Shown: positions 18,413-27,296 of the stretch, in pieces
How positions within the stretch are numbered: the stretch's first letter is position 1
How the letters are laid out: each line of letters opens with the position of its first letter
Assembly (NCBI GenBank): GCA_016235455.1
Contig: JACRKZ010000010.1
Span: 1-50,544, forward strand
DNA: 50,544 nucleotides
From: Armatimonadota bacterium
GTDB taxonomy: Bacteria > Armatimonadota > UBA10988
Direction: 5' to 3'
The notes under the pieces: generated by a model
The model's database searches: none
What the model was told of the DNA's origin: nothing
Seen by the model: the letters and a program-made list of their open reading frames with translations, nothing else
Translations under genes and position numbers: made by a program

Positions 18413-19120
18413 CACAGGTGCCGGCGCACCGCCTCGGCGAAGGCGTCGTAGCTCTTGGCGCCCTCGAGCACCTCGACCCTCTCGCCCTTGCGGTCGTAGA
18501 TGAGCGTCACCGGGTACTGGCCGCTCCAGCCCAGCGCGGAGGCGAACGCCGCCTCATCGCCCAGTGCAGCGAGGTAGGCGTTGCGGCCCGCGTTGTGCTT
18601 GGCCAGGAACGGCTTGACCTTGCTGTCCAGGTCGGACTTCTCATCGCCGCTGATCGTGACCAGCGCCATCTTGGAGCCGAACTCGTCACGCAGCTTGACC
18701 AGGCCGGGGAACTCCTCGACGCACGACGGGCACCAGGTGGCCCAGAAGTTGACCACCACCACCTTGCCGCGATGCTTGGCCACGGCGCTCTTGAGGCTGG
18801 CCATGTCCTTGATCGTACCCACCGAGACGCTGCTCGACGACGCGGTCTTTGCGCTCGAGGCGCCGGAGTCGCCGCCGCCCGAGGTCGGCGCGTCCACATA
18901 GCCTGCCAGCGGCTTCGTCGCTCTTCATGCCGTCGGCCGCCTGGGCCGCGGGCTTGGCCGGCGCGGCCTGGGCCTGCTGGGCGGGCACGGTAGCGCCCGG
19001 CGGCGCGGGCGTCGCGCTTGGCGCCTTGGCCGAATCGGCGTCGGCCGCCTTCTTGCCACACCCGGCCAAGCCCAGAACCAGTACAGTGGCTACACACCAG
19101 ACCAACTTGCGCCACGCCAT
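18412..19120 (-). pseudogene. TlpA-like thiol-disulfide oxidoreductase lipoprotein, frameshifted near 18900
   Basis: lipobox LAGC + Ala/Pro linker from ATG 19120 in one frame; VVNFWATWCPSC thioredoxin-fold domain (18412-18897) in another frame. Confidence 0.7.
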
Positions 19121-19234
19121 AGCAATCGTTCTCCCGACCACACCGCTCGCGCACTCCGCGCCGCGGCGTTGTACCATCATCATTATAGGGAAGTCGACGA
19201 TAACGCGGTAGATCCTGGCCAGCAGCGAGGTGCC

Positions 19235-20257
19235 ATGCGAGCGGGTGACGACGAACTGCGGCGCGGGCTGCGCCGACGGCTCCAGCAGGGGCGAACTGAG
19301 CCCCGCCGGCGCCAGCCGACAAGCGGCACGTGGCCTGAACTGGTGGTCGCCGATTGGCTCGACCGCTGGGGCATGGCCTACGAGACCCAGCACGAACTGC
19401 TGCCGGGCGTCACGGTCGACTTCTGGCTGCCCGACCGGCTCCTGGCCATCGAATGCCAGGGCACCTGGCACCACGGCGACCCGGCGCAGACACGACCAGC
19501 GGAACTGACCGCCGGGCCGGCGCGCAAGCGTCGGCACGACGCCGCGCTCCAAGCCTGGTGCGACCGGGCCGAGGTGACGTTGGTGGCGGTCTGGGAAGCG
19601 GACCTGCGCGCGGATCCGGCGGCCGCCATGGCGGCGCTGGGCCGCTGCTTGGCGCCTGACCAACCGGAAGGGACGACGACCATGAGCGAGGTACTGCGGC
19701 AGCGCACGCTCGCCGGCGGCTGTGAACTGCTGATCTGTCGCGGCGACCTGACGGCCGAGCCGGTGGCGGCCATCGTCAACGCCGCCAATAGCCACCTGGC
19801 CCACGGCGGCGGCGTGGCCGGCGCCATCGCGCGCCGTGGCGGCGCTGTCATCCAGAGCGACAGCGACGCCTGGGTCCGCGCCCATGGTCCGGTGCCCACG
19901 GGCCAGGCCGCGCTCACGCCGGCGGGCGCCCTGCCCTGTCGCGCGGTCATCCACGCGGTCGGCCCGGTGTGGCGCGGCGGCTCTCACGGTGAGCGCGAGG
20001 ACCTGGCCTCGGCGGTGCGCTCAGCGCTGGTCCTAGCGGCCGAGCACGAACTCGAGACGGTGGCCCTGCCAGCCATCAGTTCGGGCATCTTCGGCTTCCC
20101 CAAGGAGCTGTGCGCCGAGATCCTCATCAGCACCGTCGTGGAGTGTGATGCGGCCAACCCGGGCGGGCTGCCGCGAGCGGTGCGGCTGACCAACCTCGAC
20201 GATCTGACCGTGGGCATTCTGGCCGACGAGTTCGACCGGCGCTGGCCTCGACTCTGA
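19235..20257 (+). CDS. Vsr/DUF559-like endonuclease domain fused to MacroD-type macrodomain
   Basis: VDFWLP..LAIECQGTWHHG..VWEADL, then GDLT..AIVNAANSHLAHGGGVAGAI, VIHAVGP, PAISSGIFGFP; internal ATG at 19682 with SD-like GGAAGGGA. Confidence 0.8.
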   Translation: MRAGDDELRRGLRRRLQQGRTEPRRRQPTSGTWPELVVADWLDRWGMAYETQHELLPGVTVDFWLPDRLLAIECQGTWHHGDPAQTRPAELTAGPARKRRHDAALQAWCDRAEVTLVAVWEADLRADPAAAMAALGRCLAPDQPEGTTTMSEVLRQRTLAGGCELLICRGDLTAEPVAAIVNAANSHLAHGGGVAGAIARRGGAVIQSDSDAWVRAHGPVPTGQAALTPAGALPCRAVIHAVGPVWRGGSHGEREDLASAVRSALVLAAEHELETVALPAISSGIFGFPKELCAEILISTVVECDAANPGGLPRAVRLTNLDDLTVGILADEFDRRWPRL

Positions 20258-20327
20258 GTGCCGCGGGAGGCCAGCCCAGCGCCGCGGCGAAGCAGGCCGC
20301 CAAGGCCGGCTCCCAGCTTGGAGGCGG

Positions 20328-20356
20328 TTGACACGATGGACCGCCCATGGTAGTTT
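20328..20356 (+). promoter_or_regulatory. sigma70 promoter of tRNA-Thr
   Basis: TTGACA-17 nt-TAGTTT with extended TG. Confidence 0.6.
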
Positions 20357-20418
20357 TGTCGCAGCCAGCGTGGTCCACCGGCCGGTCAGGTAGTGCGATC
20401 ATGGACTGGCGAACGTCT

Positions 20419-20491
20419 GCCAACGTAGCTCAGCTGGTAGAGCAGCGCACTCGTAATGCGCAGGTCGTCGGTTCGAATCCGACCGTTGGCT
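20419..20491 (+). tRNA. tRNA-Thr(CGT)
   Basis: acceptor stem GCCAACG/CGTTGGC, D-arm, anticodon arm GCGCA-CTCGTAA-TGCGC, GGTTCGAATCC; CCA not encoded. Confidence 0.96.
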
Positions 20492-20528
20492 TCCTTCACC
20501 CAACTAGGTCCGCCCCGCGAGGTCTGGC

Positions 20529-23500
20529 ATGACGCTGCGCATCGCTCGTTTGGTGATCCTCACGCTAGCGCTCCTGGCGACCGTGCCCGTCTGGGCACAG
20601 AGCGCCTCATCCGGCGGCACCAAACGCCCGGACTCCGCGAGCGGCAGCAGTAGCAGTGGCAAGAACGCTGGCGCGCCGCTGTCCGACCCGACCAAACCGC
20701 CGGGCACTACAACCACGCCACCGACCACGCCGGGCACACCGGACAGCGACACGACGACGACCACACCCGAGGTCAAGCCGCGCGCCTGGGACTACTACCC
20801 CAAGCGGCCGGAACTGACCACAGCCAACCCGGCGCTGACCCAGTTGCTCGACGAGATCGAGGGCGAAGCCGAACGCATGCTGCCCCTCTATGGCCAGGCC
20901 ATGTTCCGCAGCGCCATCATCGAGCGCGCCCTCAAGGACCCGCTGGCAGCCTCACTGGCCCGTCAGCCGGCGCCCGGCTTCCGCATGGGGCCCGGCGATC
21001 GCATCTCAATCACCTTCTTCAACAAGGTTGTGCCGCCTGTGACCTTGGAGGTCATGGTGCAGCCAGACGGCCGCGTGGCCTTCGACCCGGTCGGCGTGGT
21101 ACCGGTGGCAGGGCTCACCGTGGCCCAGTTCGAGGAGCGCGTCACGGCGCTCATTCGTGCTCGGGGCCCACGCGAAGCCACGGTTCAGTTCGCCTTTCTC
21201 GACCTCCACGCACTCAGCGTGAGGGTCACAGGCGAGGTCCGTCGGCCGGCCAGCAAGGTCGTACTCAACGGCTACGCCACGCTGCTCGACGCGCTGGCCG
21301 AGGCGGGCGGCCCGACGGCCTACGGCTCGCTGCGCACCCTTACCTTGCTGCGCGACGGGCAGAGGGTCGACATCGACCTCTACGACTACCTGCTCAACGG
21401 AGCGCCCCAAGCCAACCCTGACCTGCGCGACGGCGACATGATCCATGTGCCGGTGGCCAGGAAGCTGGTTGGCATGGCCGGCGAGGTCAAACGGGTCGGG
21501 CGCTACGAACTGCTGCGCGAGCAGACGGTGCGAGAGGTGCTCGGCATGGCCGGCGGTCTGACGGCCACCGGCGCGCGCCTGCAGATGGAGCGCATCCAGA
21601 GCTTCGACCGCAAGACGCTGGTCGACCTGGACGTGCAGGCGGTGGTGGCCGGTCTGGCCGACCTGACCACGGTGGAGCCGCTCCGGGACGGCGACCAACT
21701 GCGCGTCGAAGGCGTGGCCAAGGACCCGCAGATGGCCGTCCGAGTGGGTGGCGCGGTCATGCAGGCGGGCGAGTTTGGCTACCGTGACGGCATGACCCTG
21801 GCCGACGCGCTACGACTGGCCCAGGGCGTGGCCCGCGATGGCTATGGCGCCATTGGCAACGTGCGTCGGCTCAAGGCCGATGGCCAATGGGAGAGCCTCA
21901 ATTTCATCGTCGCCGAGGTGCTAACCAACGGCGCCGCGGCCAAGATGCCGCTGGCCCCCGGCGATATGGTGCTGGTGCCTCAGCCCGAGCAGCGCCCCTT
22001 GCTGCAAGTGACGCTCAGCGGCGCGGTGGCCCGACCCAATCTCTACGAGACGGCCGACTCCCAGACCGTGGGTGACATGATCGCCCACGCCGGCGGCTTG
22101 GCCGCCGGCGCCGACCTGACCCGGGCCGTGCTGCTGAGCACCGCCACCGGCACCAAGACCAGTCTGCCGCTCGACCTCACCGATGTGCCTCGGGGCGGCC
22201 AGCCCAAGCCCAACCCCGTCCTCCAGAACGGCGACGAGGTCAGCGTGCCGTACGTGGTCGTGGTCCGCGTGCGCATCAGCGGCCAGGTGCGGGCGCCCGG
22301 CGGCCATGACCTGACCGCGGGCATGACCGTCCGCGACCTGCTGCACCGGGCCGACGGTCGCCTGCCCAAGGCGCTGCCGCGCGCGGAACTGCAGCGCCTC
22401 ATTCCCGGCTCGCGCGAGTTGGAGAAGGTCATTGTCAACCTCGACCGCGCGGAGGCCGGTGACGCCGCCGAAAACCTCGTGCTGCGCGAGGGCGATCAGC
22501 TCGTCGTGTTCAGTGTCGACCAGCTCACCATGGCCTCTGACCCCTACGTCTCCGTGCAGGGCGCCGTGCGCCGGCCGGGCCCGCTGCTGCGCAGTCGCGG
22601 CATGCGCATCAGCGACGTCATTCGCGAGGTCGGCCTGCAGCCTGAAGCCGACCGCGATGAGGGCATCATCCTGCGCCGCATGCCCAACGGCCTGCAGCAG
22701 CAGATCAAGTTCAGCCCGACGCTGGCCATCGCCAGCGACGGGCCTGAGAACCCCGAATTGGCCGACGCCGATGTGATCGAGTTCCAGGCCATCCCCGAGG
22801 TCACCGTCCGGCCGGCCATGGCCACGGTGGCCGGCGCCGTCTACCGCCCTGGCCCGGTCCGGCTGGCCGCCAACATGACCGTGGACGACCTTATCACCCG
22901 CGCCGGCGGGTTCCTGGCCGACGCCTTCCGCCAGCGTGTCCTGCTGCGGCGGCGCTTGCCGGAAGGTCGCTTCGTCACGCTGCCGCTGGACATGCGCGTT
23001 CCGCTCAACCAGCCGGTGCAGCGTGATGATGCCCTGACCATCATGACCTATGACCAGGCGCAGTACCGCGAGGGCACCGTCAACGTCATGGGCGATGTGC
23101 AGCGGCCGGGCTTGTACGAGCGAACCGAGGGATTGACGGTCAGCCAGGTGCTGTTCATGGCCGGCGGCCTGCTGCGCGACCCGGCGTTCACCACCATCGA
23201 GGTGTCGCGTCCCACGGCCTCCACCATTCTGCCCTTCCGCCCCGATGCCGTGCGCCTCATGTCGGGCGACACCGCGCAAGACCTCGTGCTGCAAGATGGC
23301 GACCGCATCTATGTGCGGACCTCCGGCCCGGCGCCGCTGCGTGAAGTGCTGCTCAAGGGCGAAGTGCGCACGGAGGGCTTCTACCCGATCCTCGACGAGC
23401 AGGATACGTTGCGCCGGTTGATTGAGCGCGCGCGGCTCAAGGAGACGTCCGCGTTCATCGAGGGCGTCATGCTCCTGCGTCGGGTGGACCAGGTGGTGGA

Positions 23501-24215
23501 GCCGCAAGTAGCGCGCTACGCCAGTGAGATCTACCGCAGCCTGGAGGTCGAGCGGCGGCGCAACGACCTGACCATCATGCTGTCCTCGTCCAAGCTCACC
23601 GACAATCCCGCCCTTCTGGACAAGATGATGGGCGCGGCCGCCACCATCCCCTCGGATGCGGTCACGGACAGCTACACCGACCTATTCGAGGCGCCGGGTC
23701 GCAGCGGCATCACCTCTGCGGTCGACCAGACCATGTCGGCGCGGATGCACCCGGCTGATGCCACCTTCCAGTTGCCCGACTCGCTCAAGCGCTACGTGCG
23801 CGTGGCGGTCGATGTGCGCATGGTGCTGGCCGGCAGCACCGATGTGCTGTTGCGGCCCAACGACATCGTCGTCGTGCCGCCGGTGCCGCAGACCGTGCTG
23901 GTGCAGGGCGAGGTCAACTCCAACATGGCTCATCCGTTCGTCGAAGGCCGCACCGTCATGGACTACATCAAGCTGGCCGGCGGGGCTCGGCCGCGCGCCG
24001 ACCTCAGGCAGGTGCTGGTGGTCCGCGCCGACGGCAGCCTGGCGGTGGCCGCCTCCAACACGCGGGTGCGCCGCGGCGACATGATCCTGGTCCAGCCGCA
24101 GCCGGTCCGACTGCCCAACCCGCCGGGCGCCGCCTGGCAGCAGGTGCAATCGGTGGCGCAGGTCATTGGTGGCCTGGCCACGACGGTGTTGGCCATCTCC
24201 AACGCCACCAAGTGA
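20529..24215 (+). CDS. large polysaccharide export protein with multiple SLBB repeats (Wza/KpsD-like)
   Basis: signal peptide; GPGDRI Poly_export motif; repeated V.GEV.RPG...AGG...L.DGD units; amphipathic C-terminal helix. Confidence 0.88.
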   Translation: MTLRIARLVILTLALLATVPVWAQSASSGGTKRPDSASGSSSSGKNAGAPLSDPTKPPGTTTTPPTTPGTPDSDTTTTTPEVKPRAWDYYPKRPELTTANPALTQLLDEIEGEAERMLPLYGQAMFRSAIIERALKDPLAASLARQPAPGFRMGPGDRISITFFNKVVPPVTLEVMVQPDGRVAFDPVGVVPVAGLTVAQFEERVTALIRARGPREATVQFAFLDLHALSVRVTGEVRRPASKVVLNGYATLLDALAEAGGPTAYGSLRTLTLLRDGQRVDIDLYDYLLNGAPQANPDLRDGDMIHVPVARKLVGMAGEVKRVGRYELLREQTVREVLGMAGGLTATGARLQMERIQSFDRKTLVDLDVQAVVAGLADLTTVEPLRDGDQLRVEGVAKDPQMAVRVGGAVMQAGEFGYRDGMTLADALRLAQGVARDGYGAIGNVRRLKADGQWESLNFIVAEVLTNGAAAKMPLAPGDMVLVPQPEQRPLLQVTLSGAVARPNLYETADSQTVGDMIAHAGGLAAGADLTRAVLLSTATGTKTSLPLDLTDVPRGGQPKPNPVLQNGDEVSVPYVVVVRVRISGQVRAPGGHDLTAGMTVRDLLHRADGRLPKALPRAELQRLIPGSRELEKVIVNLDRAEAGDAAENLVLREGDQLVVFSVDQLTMASDPYVSVQGAVRRPGPLLRSRGMRISDVIREVGLQPEADRDEGIILRRMPNGLQQQIKFSPTLAIASDGPENPELADADVIEFQAIPEVTVRPAMATVAGAVYRPGPVRLAANMTVDDLITRAGGFLADAFRQRVLLRRRLPEGRFVTLPLDMRVPLNQPVQRDDALTIMTYDQAQYREGTVNVMGDVQRPGLYERTEGLTVSQVLFMAGGLLRDPAFTTIEVSRPTASTILPFRPDAVRLMSGDTAQDLVLQDGDRIYVRTSGPAPLREVLLKGEVRTEGFYPILDEQDTLRRLIERARLKETSAFIEGVMLLRRVDQVVEPQVARYASEIYRSLEVERRRNDLTIMLSSSKLTDNPALLDKMMGAAATIPSDAVTDSYTDLFEAPGRSGITSAVDQTMSARMHPADATFQLPDSLKRYVRVAVDVRMVLAGSTDVLLRPNDIVVVPPVPQTVLVQGEVNSNMAHPFVEGRTVMDYIKLAGGARPRADLRQVLVVRADGSLAVAASNTRVRRGDMILVQPQPVRLPNPPGAAWQQVQSVAQVIGGLATTVLAISNATK

Positions 24216-24228
24216 CGAGGAGCCGTCC

Positions 24229-24993
24229 ATGAAACTGGGTATGGTGACCTACGAACTGGGCAAGTCGATGGACCTGAGGACGCTCCTCTCGACTTGCCGC
24301 GAGACGGGCTTCCGAGCGGTGGAGCTGCGCACCACCCACGCGCACGGCGTGGAACTGGGCATGCCCGAGGCCAAGTGGGCCGAGACCCGGCAGGTGTTCG
24401 CCGACAGCGGCATCGAACTGTGGGGTCTGGGCTCCACCTGTGAGTACCACGCCACCGACCAGGCCGTGGTACGCCGCAACATCGAGCAGACCAAGCAGTG
24501 GATCGAGCTCGCCGCCCACATCGGTGCGCGCGGCGTGAAGGTGCGGCCCAACGGTCTGCCCAAGGAAGTCACGCCCGAGAAGACCTGTGAGCAGATCGGT
24601 CTGGCGCTGGCCGAGTGCGGCAAGGCCGCGGCCGATGCCGGCGTGCTGATCTACCTGGAGGTCCACGGCTCGGGCTCGTCCGACCCCAAGCTCTGCCGAC
24701 GGATGATGGAGGCCTGCAACCATCCGAGCGTCGGCGTCTGCTGGAACTCCAACAACAACCCCGACGAGGTCATCAACGGCAGTATCGCGACGACGTTCGG
24801 GCTGCTCAGCCGTTGGGTCAAGTCATGCCACATCACCGAGTTGCACACCAACTACCCGTGGCGTGAGCTGTTCCGCCTGCTCAAGGAGTCTGGCTACGAC
24901 GGCGCCACGCTGGCCGAGATCCCGTTCAGCACCGAGCCGGCTCGGCTCATGCGCTACTACCGCGCCCTGTGGGAAGCCTACCAGCCTGCCTAG
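24229..24993 (+). CDS. sugar phosphate isomerase/epimerase (xylose-isomerase-like TIM barrel)
   Basis: GFRAVELR, LEVHG, SCH, GYDGATLAE; SD GAGGAG. Confidence 0.82.
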   Translation: MKLGMVTYELGKSMDLRTLLSTCRETGFRAVELRTTHAHGVELGMPEAKWAETRQVFADSGIELWGLGSTCEYHATDQAVVRRNIEQTKQWIELAAHIGARGVKVRPNGLPKEVTPEKTCEQIGLALAECGKAAADAGVLIYLEVHGSGSSDPKLCRRMMEACNHPSVGVCWNSNNNPDEVINGSIATTFGLLSRWVKSCHITELHTNYPWRELFRLLKESGYDGATLAEIPFSTEPARLMRYYRALWEAYQPA

Positions 24994-26060
24994 CGTTCCG
25001 CGCGACGCGAGGGCAGGGCTCGCACGTCGAACTGGTCGTCCTCGGCGAAGTAGCGCACGCGCGTCTTCTTGTACTCCTTGTCGCTATACAGCAGGTGGTA
25101 CTCGCTGATGCCGGTGGCCTGGCTGATGGCAGCGGCGGCGGCCTCGCACTCATCTGTGTCTCGCCCGTGGATCATGGTGAACAGGCTGTACGGCCAATCG
25201 GGGTAGCTCGGCCGATGGTAGCAGTGGCTGACCGCCCGGAAGTGCGCCATCTGCTGACCCAGCGCCTCGATCCGGTCTTCTGGCACGGTCCACACACCCA
25301 TCGCGTTGGCGCCGAACCCGGCCTTGCGATGGTGCAGCACGGCGGCGAACCGGCGCATGGTGTCATCGGCCAGGAACGCCGCCGCATGGGCCAGGAGCGC
25401 GTCTTCGCTCAGTTCGGTCCCGGCCAGCTCGGCAAACGGTCGCGTCGTAAGCGGCAAGTCGCGCTGTAGTCGTGCGACAGCCTCGCGCTGCTCGGTCGAC
25501 AGTTCGGTGACGGCATCGCTGCGCTGCCAGGCGGCCGCGGCGCGCAGGCCGAGGCTGTCCTCCTCACGCTCCGTCGCGCCGGCCTCGGTTTCGCCGGTCA
25601 TATCGAAGTTCACGCCGATCTTGAACAAGCGCAGCGTGGGCATCAGCCGGGCCTGGTCGGCGCACACCTTCTCGGCCAGCACGGCGACCTCGTCGGCCAC
25701 CTCGCGGGGAGGCGGCACGGCAATGGTGAACCACAGGTTGTAGGCGTGGTTGCGCCGGTAGTTGTGGCTGACGCCGGGATGCAGGTTGATGATGGCCGCG
25801 GCGTCATCCACAGCGTCGGCCGGCAGCTTCATGGCCACCAGCGACGAGCGGTAGCCCAGGCGCCGACTGTCGAAGATGGCGCTGATCTGCCGGATGACCT
25901 TCTCGGCCTTGAGGCGCGAGACCCGCTCGATGACCTCCGCGCCGTCAAGACCCAGGCGCACGCCGAGCGCGGCGAACGGCTCCGGTGTCAGCGGGAAGTC
26001 GGTCTGCAGATCGTTGAGCAGCCGCTGGTCGACGGCGTCCGTGGTGTTGCTGGTGGTCAT
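24990..26060 (-). CDS. ahbAB: fused siroheme decarboxylase AhbA-AhbB (NirDL/GH-like)
   Basis: two Lrp-like halves: LQTDFPL..PF/VSHNYRR..YNLWFT and LQRDLPL..RPF/VSHCYHRP..WPYSLFTMIH..EYKKT. Confidence 0.9.
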   Translation of the reverse strand: MTTSNTTDAVDQRLLNDLQTDFPLTPEPFAALGVRLGLDGAEVIERVSRLKAEKVIRQISAIFDSRRLGYRSSLVAMKLPADAVDDAAAIINLHPGVSHNYRRNHAYNLWFTIAVPPPREVADEVAVLAEKVCADQARLMPTLRLFKIGVNFDMTGETEAGATEREEDSLGLRAAAAWQRSDAVTELSTEQREAVARLQRDLPLTTRPFAELAGTELSEDALLAHAAAFLADDTMRRFAAVLHHRKAGFGANAMGVWTVPEDRIEALGQQMAHFRAVSHCYHRPSYPDWPYSLFTMIHGRDTDECEAAAAAISQATGISEYHLLYSDKEYKKTRVRYFAEDDQFDVRALPSRRAER

Positions 26061-26075
26061 ACTAGATACTATGGT

Positions 26076-27296
26076 TCAAGTCTGCAGCAAAGCGTCAAGG
26101 GCGATCGTCGCGCCGGCCCACGGCCGGGTGCAGAGGTCGACCACCGCGAGTTCGATCTCGTGCTCAGGGGTGAGGTGAGTGGACTTGAGGCCCAGGTCGG
26201 CCTGCAGCAGCCTTTCGAGTGCCGCCTCCAGATCCACCAGCGCGAACCGATTGGCCAGCTCCAGCGACTTCTGCAGCGGGAAGTAGTGCTGTGTGAGCAG
26301 GGCCTGTTTGCCACTCGTGGGCAGCACGCCGGCCGAGCGCTCCTTCCATTGCGCCAACATGCTCTCGCTGCCCCCCGCGGTGATGGCGCCGTTGAACTCG
26401 TACGGTCGCATCCGCAGCAGCCGCGCCTGAACCAGATTGGCATCGAGCAGCCAGCGGCCTTGGAGCAACAGCCGCACCTGACGAATGAGCATGGCCAGGA
26501 TCATGAACGGGTCGGCGCCTTGGCCCAGCAGCCGTTCGAGTTGGTCGAGCGCATGACGCGCCTCGCGCCGGCCCACGGCGTCCACCAGGTCGAACACGCT
26601 GAGCTCGGCCGTCGCCGCCACCATGTGGCGCACATCGTCCACGTCGATCTCCTCGCGCTCGCCGACATAGGCGATGAGCTTCTCAACCTCATTGGTCAGC
26701 CGCTGCGCATCCAGCCCGCATCGCTCGACCAGCGCCTGTACCGTGGAACGGCTCATGAACTTGCCCGCGCGCCCGAGCCGGCCGCGTAGCAGCTTGTCGG
26801 CGTCGCCTTCGTTGGCCAGCGCGGGGAACTCGAGGATCTTGCCGCGGGCGGCGATGGCCTTCGACAGGCGACGCTGGCGGTCGACCGCGCCGCGCGACTC
26901 GAGGACCAGGCAGACATCGTCCATCAGCCCCGATTCCAGGCGCTTGACGAGGATCTCGGCGTCGTCGGTCTTGCCCTTGTCGAAGTACGGCGCGTCGCGC
27001 ACCAACACCACACGCCGCGGCGCATCATCGAAGCGGAAGCCGGTGGCCTCCAGTTCAGAGGCGACGCGCTGCGCGGTGACGTCGTCACCATCGAAGCTGG
27101 TCAGGCTGGTATCGCGGAACTCGGCCGGCACGAGCTTGGACAGCACACGGCGCATCACCTGCTCGCGCTGAAAATCGTCGGCCCCACAGAACAGATAGAC
27201 TGGCTTGACCTCGCCGCGGTCCAACTCGGCCAACAGGTCCATGGCGGCGCGGCGCACGGAGTCGAAGCTGCTCTCGCCGCGAGCGTTGGATCTCAT
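26076..27296 (-). CDS. holA: DNA polymerase III subunit delta
   Basis: PVYLFCGADDF, NEVEKLIAY, VFDLVDAV, ADLGLKS; ATGA overlap with the upstream stop. Confidence 0.88.
   Translation of the reverse strand: MRSNARGESSFDSVRRAAMDLLAELDRGEVKPVYLFCGADDFQREQVMRRVLSKLVPAEFRDTSLTSFDGDDVTAQRVASELEATGFRFDDAPRRVVLVRDAPYFDKGKTDDAEILVKRLESGLMDDVCLVLESRGAVDRQRRLSKAIAARGKILEFPALANEGDADKLLRGRLGRAGKFMSRSTVQALVERCGLDAQRLTNEVEKLIAYVGEREEIDVDDVRHMVAATAELSVFDLVDAVGRREARHALDQLERLLGQGADPFMILAMLIRQVRLLLQGRWLLDANLVQARLLRMRPYEFNGAITAGGSESMLAQWKERSAGVLPTSGKQALLTQHYFPLQKSLELANRFALVDLEAALERLLQADLGLKSTHLTPEHEIELAVVDLCTRPWAGATIALDALLQT

Noticed and set aside
18898-18930. TGA upstream of the TlpA domain as selenocysteine
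   Set aside because: The TGA is far from the CxxC (both Cys are encoded) and readthrough would not join the signal-peptide frame
20419-20530. tRNA-Thr as an island integration site
   Set aside because: No integrase and no duplicated tRNA 3' end seen in the window
24990-26060. Lrp/AsnC transcriptional regulator
   Set aside because: The HNYRR and HCYHRP motifs fit AhbA/AhbB siroheme decarboxylase
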